From positions 69,044 through 133,043 of the forward strand of contig CABYYB010000001.1 of NCBI GenBank assembly GCA_902523135.1: a stretch of 64,000 bases of DNA. The letters are read 5' to 3'. Shown piece after piece: positions 56,159-64,000 of this stretch (position 1 is the stretch's first letter; each line of letters opens with the position of its first letter). Both the position numbers and the translations under genes were made by a program. This stretch comes from an uncultured Alphaproteobacteria bacterium. GTDB taxonomy: Bacteria; Pseudomonadota; Alphaproteobacteria; HIMB59. The notes beneath the pieces are model-generated. The model ran no database searches. It saw only the letters and a program-made list of their open reading frames with translations, and was not told where the DNA came from.

Positions 56159-56812
56159 TTGTTTGAAAATTTTAGTAAACTTCTAAAAAAAGCTACTAAT
56201 TTAAAAAAAGAAAAAAAATATCTTGATGCACTTGATGTGCTAAAAAAAGCGATTAATCAAGGCAAAGATGAAGTAACTATTTTACATAGACTAAGAGTTC
56301 CTGGGTATTTAACACTAGCTGGAAAGATTGATGAAGCTTGGAGAGAGACAGAAAAAATTCGTATTAATGTAAAAAATCAAAAAGTACCTTTTGAAATAAT
56401 GGATGTTTATAATTCATTCTCAAGTATTAAAAAAGCAGAGGGTGACTTTGATAGTGCTCTTATTTACGGTTTAGTAGGATTAATTGAGGATGCAAACAGA
56501 TTATACAAACTTTACGAGTATTACTTGGAAGAACACAAAGAACAGCAAAGAGAATTTGGAGAGGATTACCTTATTGACTGGGGTTATGCCAAAGATGAAC
56601 ATAGTGGAATGAAATATTTAGAAGAATTCGAAAATAGAAAAAAAGTAGATATTAAATGGCTTAAAATACACATTAATGAAAAAACATTAAAAAAGACCTC
56701 TTTCAAAAACAGAGAGGATAAACTGATAGATACATTCAAAAAAATTTCTAATAAATTACCACTAAAAGGTGATGAAAATTTAGTAGAGGATTTTTTTGAG
56801 TTATTAAAATAA
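56159..56812 (+). CDS. Hypothetical alpha-helical (TPR-like) protein
   Basis: 217-aa ORF abutting the Z1 gene (TTG start); helix-pair patterns YLDALDVLKKA, AGKIDEAW and EGDFDSAL. Confidence 0.65.
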   Translation: MFENFSKLLKKATNLKKEKKYLDALDVLKKAINQGKDEVTILHRLRVPGYLTLAGKIDEAWRETEKIRINVKNQKVPFEIMDVYNSFSSIKKAEGDFDSALIYGLVGLIEDANRLYKLYEYYLEEHKEQQREFGEDYLIDWGYAKDEHSGMKYLEEFENRKKVDIKWLKIHINEKTLKKTSFKNREDKLIDTFKKISNKLPLKGDENLVEDFFELLK

Positions 56813-56815
56813 TTT

Positions 56816-56835
56816 AATGCATCATAAGTGCATCA
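56816..56835 (+). repeat. Right arm-type repeat pair (TGCATCA x2, 11-bp period)
   Basis: aatgcatcataagtgcatca. Confidence 0.8.
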
Positions 56836-56890
56836 TAGGATTTATATTGATTATCTGTGTGTGTTGATTATGTTGAAAAACAAGGTGTAT

Positions 56891-56965
56891 GGTTCTGTGG
56901 TGAAACGGATATCACACTTGACTACGGATCAAGAATTCAGGGTTCGAATCCTTGCAGAACCGCCA
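56891..56965 (+). tRNA. tRNA-Arg(ACG)
   Basis: Cloverleaf: acceptor GGTTCTG/CAGAACC, D-stem GTGA/TCAC, anticodon arm CTTGA-CTACGGA-TCAAG, T-arm CAGGG-TTCGAAT-CCTTG, encoded CCA. Confidence 0.95.
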
Positions 56966-56967
56966 TT

Positions 56968-57798
56968 TTAAATTTTTAAATTATCAATGAGTCTAATTTT
57001 GCCTTTAAAGATTGCATAAAAAAGTCTCGACTCAGAAACTTTGCCATTGAAACTTAGGTCCTCATTATTTCTAAATTCGAAGTAATCAAATTCTTCAATA
57101 TCTTGTTCAACAATGAAATCTTTAGCTTTTTGGTTTGCAATTTCAATATCAAATGAATTTTCTAATGATTTTAAAAAATTTTCTACTTTTTGATGAAAAA
57201 TAACAAAATCTTGTAATTGTTTTTTACTTAATTTTTCGTTTCTTGATGAATAAGCAATACCTTCTTCATTTCTTTTTGTTGGTACAGATACTAGATCCAA
57301 AGATTTATATTTTTCTTGAATAAATTTTTCAATTATCTTGAGTTGCTGAAAATCTTTTTCACCAAAATAAACCTTGTTACTTTTTACAATTGAAAAAAAT
57401 TTATTTAGCACAGTGATTACACCATCAAAGTGTCCTTTTCTAAATTTATCGCAAAGAATATTATTAAAATTAGTATTTTTTAAAATAGTTTCATCTTTAT
57501 TGAAAATTTCTTCTGCTGATGGTTCAAATAATAGATCTACGTCGTTGTCAGAGCAAAAATCGTAGTCAAGGCCCTTATTCCTAGGATAAGATTTAAAATC
57601 TTCTTTACTGTTAAATTGTTTTTCATTTACAAAAATACTTACAATAGTTTTGTGATTATCATTTTTTGATTTTTTTATCAGTTCTCCATGTCCCTTATGA
57701 AGGGCGCCCATAGTAGGAACAAAACCAATTGAGTATTTTCGATTTTGATAAGCAGTCAAATATAACTGTAAATTAGAAATGTCTTTAATTATCAACAT
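56968..57798 (-). CDS. panC: Pantoate-beta-alanine ligase
   Basis: FVPTMGALHKGH, SIFVN..QF, GHFDGV, FGEKDFQQ, SSRN and RLIDN. Confidence 0.95.
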   Translation of the reverse strand: MLIIKDISNLQLYLTAYQNRKYSIGFVPTMGALHKGHGELIKKSKNDNHKTIVSIFVNEKQFNSKEDFKSYPRNKGLDYDFCSDNDVDLLFEPSAEEIFNKDETILKNTNFNNILCDKFRKGHFDGVITVLNKFFSIVKSNKVYFGEKDFQQLKIIEKFIQEKYKSLDLVSVPTKRNEEGIAYSSRNEKLSKKQLQDFVIFHQKVENFLKSLENSFDIEIANQKAKDFIVEQDIEEFDYFEFRNNEDLSFNGKVSESRLFYAIFKGKIRLIDNLKI

Positions 57799-57871
57799 AA
57801 TTTGTTTTTATTTATTGACTTCATATCAATAATTGTTAAATGTAGGAACCAATTTTTTAGGTGTATTAGCA

Positions 57872-58006
57872 ATGAAAAGAACATATCAACCAAGTCAATT
57901 AGTTAGAAAAAGAAGGCATGGATTCCGTTCTAGAATGTCAACTGTTGGTGGTCGTAAAGTCATTAATGCTAGAAGAGCTAAAGGTCGATCTAGACTGTCT
58001 GCTTAA
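57872..58006 (+). CDS. rpmH: 50S ribosomal protein L34 (not in ORF track)
   Basis: [44 protein letters not shown]. Confidence 0.98.
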   Translation: MKRTYQPSQLVRKRRHGFRSRMSTVGGRKVINARRAKGRSRLSA

Positions 58007-58009
58007 TTT

Positions 58010-58339
58010 TTGAGACTTCCTACACTAAAAAAACCTTCCCAATTTTCTCAAATCAGAAACAAAGGGAACTACTTTAAAAGTTCAAGTTTTAATGGCTATA
58101 TTCTTCATGACGCAGATTTAGAAACTTTTCTAGTTGGTATTATAGCTAGTAAAAAGCTTGGCAATGCAGTTGAAAGAAATAGGGCTAAAAGAAGGGCTAG
58201 AGAGGCAATTCGCACATGCAGTCTTATTAATACATTAAATCAAGTCAAATTTGTAATAATACTCAAAAAAACAGTTTTGAAAGTACCTTTTATTGATTTA
58301 AAACAAGATATTGAAAAATTCTTATCTCATGAAAAATAA
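58010..58339 (+). CDS. rnpA: RNase P protein component
   Basis: [19 protein letters not shown] motif; follows rpmH. Confidence 0.93.
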   Translation: MRLPTLKKPSQFSQIRNKGNYFKSSSFNGYILHDADLETFLVGIIASKKLGNAVERNRAKRRAREAIRTCSLINTLNQVKFVIILKKTVLKVPFIDLKQDIEKFLSHEK

Positions 58340-58565
58340 TATAAAAAAGTTTTGGAAAATATCTTTTATTGCACCGATTAAATTTTATCAATTATTCATA
58401 TCACCTATGTTACCAAAAACTTGTAGACATCTTCCAACATGCTCTGAATATACAATTGAGGCTATTCAAGAATTTGGTGTTTTAAAAGGAATAACAAGGG
58501 GAATAGTTAGAATTCTTAAATGTAATCCATTAGGATCATCTGGTTACGACCCAATAAAAAAATAA
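58329..58565 (+). CDS. yidD: Membrane protein insertion efficiency factor
   Basis: [17 protein letters not shown] and RILKCNP....GYDP. Confidence 0.93.
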   Translation: MKNNIKKFWKISFIAPIKFYQLFISPMLPKTCRHLPTCSEYTIEAIQEFGVLKGITRGIVRILKCNPLGSSGYDPIKK

Positions 58566-58566
58566 T

Positions 58567-60255
58567 ATGGAAAATCAAAAGAACTTATTCCTAGCTATTA
58601 TTATTTCAATGGCAATTATTTTTGGTTTTCAATTACTGGTGCCTCAACCAGAGAGAACACCAGTCACTGAGGAACAAACAAATGATGAAAGTCTTGTTGA
58701 TCTTAGTATTCAAAAATCTTCAACTACTGTTTTAGCTGATAGAGGGGAAGTAATAAATCAGACAGGAAGAGTGAACTTTGATAACACTAAAATTAAAGGC
58801 TCTATTAATTTAAATGGAGCAGTAATTGATGATCTAATCCTAGAAGAGTTCAGGGAAACCTTAGATCCAACATCTGACTTAATTGAATTTTTAAATCCTT
58901 TAGGATCTGATAATGCCTATTATTTAGATACAGGTTGGGTAAGCTCTGACAGTACAATTGAGTTACCAAAAAGTTCTAGTATTTGGATTGCTGATAAAAA
59001 CACTATTGGTGTTAATGAACCTGTAAAACTGACTTGGACTAATGATCAGAACATCACTTTTGAAAAAATCATAACTCTAGATGAAAACTATTTATTTAGC
59101 GTTGATCAAAGGGTTATAAATAATTCAGGTCTTTCTTTTGACCTTTATCCTTACGGATTATCCAAAAGACAAGGAATTCCAGAAATGCAAAATTTCTTCA
59201 TTCTTCACGAGGGCCCCTTGTCAATAACTGATGGTGTGCTGGAGGAATATGATTATGACGATTTAAAAGATGATAAAAAAATTAAACATTCTTCTGTTGG
59301 AGGGTGGATTGGGATGACAGATAAGTATTGGCAGACTGCAATAATCCCAAACCAAAACGAACCTGTTCAGCAGACATACAGTTACAGCTTTGTTGATAAT
59401 ATAGATAATTTCCAAACTGATATTGTTGGGGAAAGAATAGCTGTTTCAAATAATGCGAGTATATCTCATAATTTTAAAATTTTTGCAGGGCCAAAAATCG
59501 TAAATATTATTGATGAATATATGGAAGAATATGGGTTTGACGGTTTTGATCGCTCAGTTGACTTTGGTTGGTTTTATTTTTTAACAAAACCCATTTTTAA
59601 TGTTTTAGAATTTATATACGGGTATGTAGGAAACTTTGGTTGGTCAATAATTCTGTTTACAGTTTTGATGAGAATATGTTTTTTTCCACTTGCTCAACAA
59701 TCGTTTAAATCAATGGCAAAAATGAAAAAACTTGCTCCTGAGATGCAAAGACTTAAGGAACAATACGGAGATGATAGAGCTGGAATGCAAAAAGAAATGA
59801 TGGCTTTATATAAAAGAGAAAAGGCAAATCCTATAGCTGGTTGTTTGCCAATACTTTTACAAATCCCAGTATTTTTTGCCTTGTACAAAGTTTTATTTGT
59901 AACTATTGAGATGAGACATGCTCCTTTTATAGGATGGGTACATGATCTCTCAGCGCCAGATCCCTTAGGGGCTCTTACTCTTTTTGGTTTTGTGGAATGG
60001 AACGTTCCAGGTATTTTGCAAATTCTAAATGTTGGAATTTGGCCAATCTTAATGGGTATTTCGATGTATATTCAATTTAAATTGAACCCAGCTCCGGTAG
60101 ATAAAATGCAGGCCAAAATTTTTGGTTTATTACCAATAGTATTTACTTTCATTTTAGGTGGCTTCGCAGCAGGGCTAGTTATTTATTGGACAACTAACAA
60201 TGTTTTATCAATGGCTCAACAATACATAATTCAAAGAAAAATTATGAAGAGTTAA
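58567..60255 (+). CDS. yidC: Membrane protein insertase
   Basis: DFGWFYFLTKP, GNFGWSII, GCLPILLQIPVFFALYKVL, DLSAPDP and GLVIYW. Confidence 0.97.
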   Translation: MENQKNLFLAIIISMAIIFGFQLLVPQPERTPVTEEQTNDESLVDLSIQKSSTTVLADRGEVINQTGRVNFDNTKIKGSINLNGAVIDDLILEEFRETLDPTSDLIEFLNPLGSDNAYYLDTGWVSSDSTIELPKSSSIWIADKNTIGVNEPVKLTWTNDQNITFEKIITLDENYLFSVDQRVINNSGLSFDLYPYGLSKRQGIPEMQNFFILHEGPLSITDGVLEEYDYDDLKDDKKIKHSSVGGWIGMTDKYWQTAIIPNQNEPVQQTYSYSFVDNIDNFQTDIVGERIAVSNNASISHNFKIFAGPKIVNIIDEYMEEYGFDGFDRSVDFGWFYFLTKPIFNVLEFIYGYVGNFGWSIILFTVLMRICFFPLAQQSFKSMAKMKKLAPEMQRLKEQYGDDRAGMQKEMMALYKREKANPIAGCLPILLQIPVFFALYKVLFVTIEMRHAPFIGWVHDLSAPDPLGALTLFGFVEWNVPGILQILNVGIWPILMGISMYIQFKLNPAPVDKMQAKIFGLLPIVFTFILGGFAAGLVIYWTTNNVLSMAQQYIIQRKIMKS

Positions 60256-60830
60256 TGAGCCTTGTCTCAAATTATTTCAAAAAACAAACTAAGTTTTTAC
60301 TAAGCGCTACACAACCTCGTCAATATCCTAATGTAAGTTTTCCTGAAATAGCTTTCATAGGTAGGTCAAATGTTGGAAAATCTAGTTTAATCAATGCAGT
60401 TTTTATGAAAAAACTGGCACATATTTCCAATACCCCCGGTAAAACAAGACAAATTAATTTTTTTAATCACGGGGACTCAATGATGGTTGTTGATCTTCCA
60501 GGGTATGGATTTGCAAAAATATCTCAAAAGGAGGCATTTCAGATATCAGATCTTGTCTCTCAATATTTAACATCACGTGAAAATTTAAAGAAAATATTTG
60601 TATTAATTGATAATTCATTGGGGCCAAAAAAAATAGACATAGAGATGATTGACTCGATGAAACAAATAAAACAAAAAATTATTATTTGCTATACAAAAAG
60701 TGACAAAAAAATAAAAGAAAATTCGGCTTTTTTAGACAATTTAAATACTGAATTTGAAAACTACATTGTAAGTTCAAAAACAAACGAAAACATATTTGAA
60801 ATTCAAAAAAAAATTTTTGAATTTTTATAA
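60255..60830 (+). CDS. engB: Ribosome biogenesis GTPase EngB/YihA
   Basis: GRSNVGKSSLIN, TPGKT, DLPGYG and TKSDK. Confidence 0.95.
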   Translation: MSLVSNYFKKQTKFLLSATQPRQYPNVSFPEIAFIGRSNVGKSSLINAVFMKKLAHISNTPGKTRQINFFNHGDSMMVVDLPGYGFAKISQKEAFQISDLVSQYLTSRENLKKIFVLIDNSLGPKKIDIEMIDSMKQIKQKIIICYTKSDKKIKENSAFLDNLNTEFENYIVSSKTNENIFEIQKKIFEFL

Positions 60831-60872
60831 ATCTTCTTGGCTTTTATATAATAAACATTAGTTTACACGCTT

Positions 60873-61556
60873 ATGAACAATATAACAAATTGGGTTTTTG
60901 ACTTAGACAATACACTTTATAAAGCGGAGTGTGGTTTGTTTGATAAAGTACACATACTTATGGGCAAATTTATTGAGGAAAAGTTAAATTTAAATTCTGG
61001 AGATGCACAAGCTCTGAGGTCTAAATATTATCATCAATATGGAACAACACTCAGAGGTCTTATGATTGAACATCATGTGAATCCTAATGAATATTTGGAC
61101 TACGTACATCAAATTAATTATGAAGTAGTTCAACCTAACACATCTCTGGCGGAAATATTAAAAAGCTTAAATGGAAAAAAGTATATTTTTACAAATGCTA
61201 ACTTTGAACATGTGGAAAAAGTTTTAGAAAAACTTCATATGACTAATATTTTTGATGGATGTTTTGACATTTCTGAGAGTGATTACATGCCAAAACCTCA
61301 CAAAGAAGTTTATGACTCATTCCAAAATAAATTCAATTTAGACAATAGTTCAACAGCTATGTTTGAGGATCTTCATATTAATTTGAGAGAGCCACATAAA
61401 ATGGGTTGGCAAACAGTTTGGGTAACGAATAACCTTGAATACAACCTAAATAAAGATGTCAATCAACAAGAAGATATTCAAAAAATTATTGATGAAAAAG
61501 GCTACATATCACACGTTACTGATGATTTGGAAAATTTCTTAAAAAACGTGGTATAA
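60873..61556 (+). CDS. Pyrimidine 5'-nucleotidase (HAD family)
   Basis: [25 protein letters not shown] and MFED. Confidence 0.88.
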   Translation: MNNITNWVFDLDNTLYKAECGLFDKVHILMGKFIEEKLNLNSGDAQALRSKYYHQYGTTLRGLMIEHHVNPNEYLDYVHQINYEVVQPNTSLAEILKSLNGKKYIFTNANFEHVEKVLEKLHMTNIFDGCFDISESDYMPKPHKEVYDSFQNKFNLDNSSTAMFEDLHINLREPHKMGWQTVWVTNNLEYNLNKDVNQQEDIQKIIDEKGYISHVTDDLENFLKNVV

Positions 61557-61563
61557 AAGTATT

Positions 61564-62394
61564 ATGAGCCATCAAGATATAATTGAAAAATTATGGGATC
61601 AAAGAGATCAGATTAATTTTATTGAGGATAATGAAGCAAAAAAAAATGTAGAGAGTGTTCTTAACTTATTGGATGAGGGAAAGCTTCGAGTATGTGAAAA
61701 AATAGAAAATGATTGGCATGTGAATCAATGGCTTAAAAAAGCAATTCTTTTGAGTTTTAGAATTCAAGATATGGAAATAATAACTGGCGGTCCAAGCGTT
61801 AAAGATGGATCTACTGCATGGTGGGATAAAGTTCCCTCAAAATTCCAAGATTGGAAATCAGAAAATTTTCAATCAGCTGGTTTTAGAGCTGTTCCTAACT
61901 GTGTTGTAAGGAGATCAGCATTTATTGCAAAAAGTGCAGTGCTTATGCCTTGCTTTGTTAACTTGGGTGCATATGTAGATGAGGGAACAATGGTTGATAC
62001 TTGGGCTACTGTTGGATCTTGTGCTCAAGTAGGAAAAAACTGTCATATCTCAGGAGGAGCAGGTATAGGAGGGGTCTTAGAACCTTTGCAGGCAAATCCA
62101 GTTATAATAGAGGATAATTGTTTTATTGGTGCGAGGTCAGAAGTCGCCGAGGGTGTAATTGTTGGAGAGGGATCAGTATTATCCATGGGGGTATTTATTG
62201 GTGCTTCAACAAAAATTTATAATCGTGAGACTAAAGAAATTTATATGGGGAAAGTTCCTCCATATTCTGTAGTCGTTCCGGGTAGTCTTCCAAGTTCTAA
62301 AGGAGATGCATCATTGTACTGTGTTGTGATTGTGAAAACGGTTGATGAAAAAACTCGTTCAAAAACCTCCGTTAATGAATTATTAAGAGATTAA
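61564..62394 (+). CDS. dapD: Tetrahydrodipicolinate N-succinyltransferase
   Basis: [26 protein letters not shown] and GGVLEPLQA. Confidence 0.97.
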   Translation: MSHQDIIEKLWDQRDQINFIEDNEAKKNVESVLNLLDEGKLRVCEKIENDWHVNQWLKKAILLSFRIQDMEIITGGPSVKDGSTAWWDKVPSKFQDWKSENFQSAGFRAVPNCVVRRSAFIAKSAVLMPCFVNLGAYVDEGTMVDTWATVGSCAQVGKNCHISGGAGIGGVLEPLQANPVIIEDNCFIGARSEVAEGVIVGEGSVLSMGVFIGASTKIYNRETKEIYMGKVPPYSVVVPGSLPSSKGDASLYCVVIVKTVDEKTRSKTSVNELLRD

Positions 62395-62395
62395 A

Positions 62396-63559
62396 ATGTT
62401 AGACACAATAGAGCTATCAAAAAAATTAATATCTTTCGACTCCGTTACCCCGGCAAAACAAGATATTTTTGATTTCTTAATGGGAGTATTTGAAGAAAAT
62501 GGTTTTACAACAAAACAACTAAACTTTGATGGAGATGGGAGTTACGAAGTAATTAATATCATGGCTACGTATGGTCCAATTAATACAAATGGAAAACATT
62601 TTAATTTTTTATGTCATGTTGATGTAGTGCCTCCTGGTAACTTAGAGGATTGGGACACTCCACCTTTTGAACCAACAATTAAAGATGGATATCTTTATGG
62701 TCGTGGATCAGAGGATATGAAAGGGTGTACGGCAGCTAGCATGGTAAGTGTCTTTAAATTCATTAAGGAAAATAAAGATTTTAATGGCACAATAAGTTTT
62801 ATCATAACTGGGGATGAAGAAGCAGACTCCGTAAATGGTGTAAAGAAAGTCGTAAAATGGTTGAAAGAAAATAATATAAGAATAGACGGGTCAATAGCCA
62901 CTGAGTCATCCTCTGAGAAAATAATCGGTGATCAGATCAAAGTTGGGAGAAAAGGAGCTGTGGATGTTCAAGTTGAAATTATTGGAAAGCAGGGGCATGC
63001 TGCGTATCCTCAGCTAGCTCAAAACCCTTTACATTGTTTGTCTAAGATTATCTCATTTTTTGATGATCAAAAACTTGATGATGGTACAGAATACTTTGAA
63101 CCATCCACTCTGCAATTTACTCAGATCAATTTAAATAACAAGGCAAAGAATGTAATACCTGAAAAATTGATTACTGTTGGTGATATGCGCTTTAATGACA
63201 ACTGGGATCAAGAAAAAATACAAAACTATTTTGATGAACACCTGACTAAGATTTGCTCTGAAAATAATTGTACATATAAATTGAAATTAACTTTTAGAGG
63301 TATGCCTTTCCAATCTTTCGATAATTCATTTACAAAACATTGTATTAAAGCAATCAAAGATGTTACGGGATTAGAAGCTAGCCAAGATACTGGAGGTGGA
63401 ACATCAGATGCTAGATTTATGCAAGAGGTCTGTCCTGTCTTCGAATTTGGAACGATTAATAAAACCCTGCACAAAGTTAATGAGTGCGTTTCTATTGAAG
63501 ATCTCAAAACGACTGAACAAATCTATTTCAAAACTTTAGAAAATTTTTTTGATAATTGA
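62396..63559 (+). CDS. dapE: Succinyl-diaminopimelate desuccinylase
   Basis: HVDVVPPG, GRG..DMKG, GDEE, GKQGHAAYP, GGTSDARF and HKVNE; follows dapD. Confidence 0.92.
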   Translation: MLDTIELSKKLISFDSVTPAKQDIFDFLMGVFEENGFTTKQLNFDGDGSYEVINIMATYGPINTNGKHFNFLCHVDVVPPGNLEDWDTPPFEPTIKDGYLYGRGSEDMKGCTAASMVSVFKFIKENKDFNGTISFIITGDEEADSVNGVKKVVKWLKENNIRIDGSIATESSSEKIIGDQIKVGRKGAVDVQVEIIGKQGHAAYPQLAQNPLHCLSKIISFFDDQKLDDGTEYFEPSTLQFTQINLNNKAKNVIPEKLITVGDMRFNDNWDQEKIQNYFDEHLTKICSENNCTYKLKLTFRGMPFQSFDNSFTKHCIKAIKDVTGLEASQDTGGGTSDARFMQEVCPVFEFGTINKTLHKVNECVSIEDLKTTEQIYFKTLENFFDN

Positions 63560-64000
63560 AACAAGGAGATTTAATTCCTGATATTACTTTAAGATCTGTT
63601 TCGGCAGATGGTACAAAAAATTTTGGATTACACGACAACTTCAAATTGAAAAGGGCAATGATAATTTGTGTCCCAGGGGCATTTACTTCAACATGTCACA
63701 TACAACATCTTCCTCCATTTATTAAAGGTGCAAAAAAGTTAATGTCAGAAAAACAAATTGATCAAATTTGTTGCATGACCACTAACGATCCTTATGTGCT
63801 TGATTTGTGGAGAAAAGAGTTAGGTGAATCAGAAATTTTATTTTTATCAGATGGAAATAATGAATTTTTATTATCTTCTCAATTGATTAGAAATCATGAA
63901 AAAAGCTTTATGGGTCAAAGACTTATTCGTTCAATTATACTAATAAATAATCTTAAAGTTGAAAAATTAATTTGTGATAATCCAGGTGAGTTAAAAGAAA
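63556..64000 (+). CDS. Peroxiredoxin (Prx5/redoxin type), truncated by the window end
   Basis: Manual translation from TTG 63556: KQGDLIPD...VPGAFTSTCHIQHLP...NDPYV...W...LSDGN. Confidence 0.85.
   Translation, partial: MKQGDLIPDITLRSVSADGTKNFGLHDNFKLKRAMIICVPGAFTSTCHIQHLPPFIKGAKKLMSEKQIDQICCMTTNDPYVLDLWRKELGESEILFLSDGNNEFLLSSQLIRNHEKSFMGQRLIRSIILINNLKVEKLICDNPGELKE

Larger units (their letters stand above)
53624..56928. mobile_element. Integrase-less genomic islet inserted at tRNA-Arg(ACG)
   Basis: 40-bp terminal direct repeats, internal arm-like repeats and three non-housekeeping genes. Confidence 0.85.

Overview
AT-rich, densely packed 64-kb segment of a streamlined alphaproteobacterial chromosome. 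A SAR11/HIMB59-like marine lineage is an inference from composition and gene order. Contents from left to right: a sugar-catabolism cluster (xylB-like kinase, uncharacterised aldolase-like protein, PfkB kinase, D-lyxose isomerase, FucU/RbsD, ribokinase, AKR); photolyase, ABC-2, DMT, AlaX, Pif1-like helicase and PncC; an omega-aminotransferase, aquaporin and katG; a six-gene folate operon; an Fe/Zn homeostasis block (Fe3+ binding protein, Irr-like, znuA/znuCB-zur); core genes (rplU-rpmA-obg-proBA-nadD-rsfS-ctpA-rppH, atpHAGDC, priA, xerC); cysQ/cysD/cysNC; and panC, rpmH-rnpA-yidD-yidC-engB, dapD-dapE. The most notable element is a ~3.3-kb integrase-less islet at tRNA-Arg(ACG), 53624-56965. It is bounded by a 40-bp duplication of the 5' half of the tRNA and carries paired TGCATCA repeats and a 10-bp inverted repeat at its inner ends. 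Its cargo is three genes: a Z1-domain SF2 helicase-like protein, a divergent 149-aa protein that may be nuclease-like, and a helical/TPR-like protein. This is a candidate stand-alone anti-phage module. All functional calls come from recognising motifs by eye; no database searches were run.
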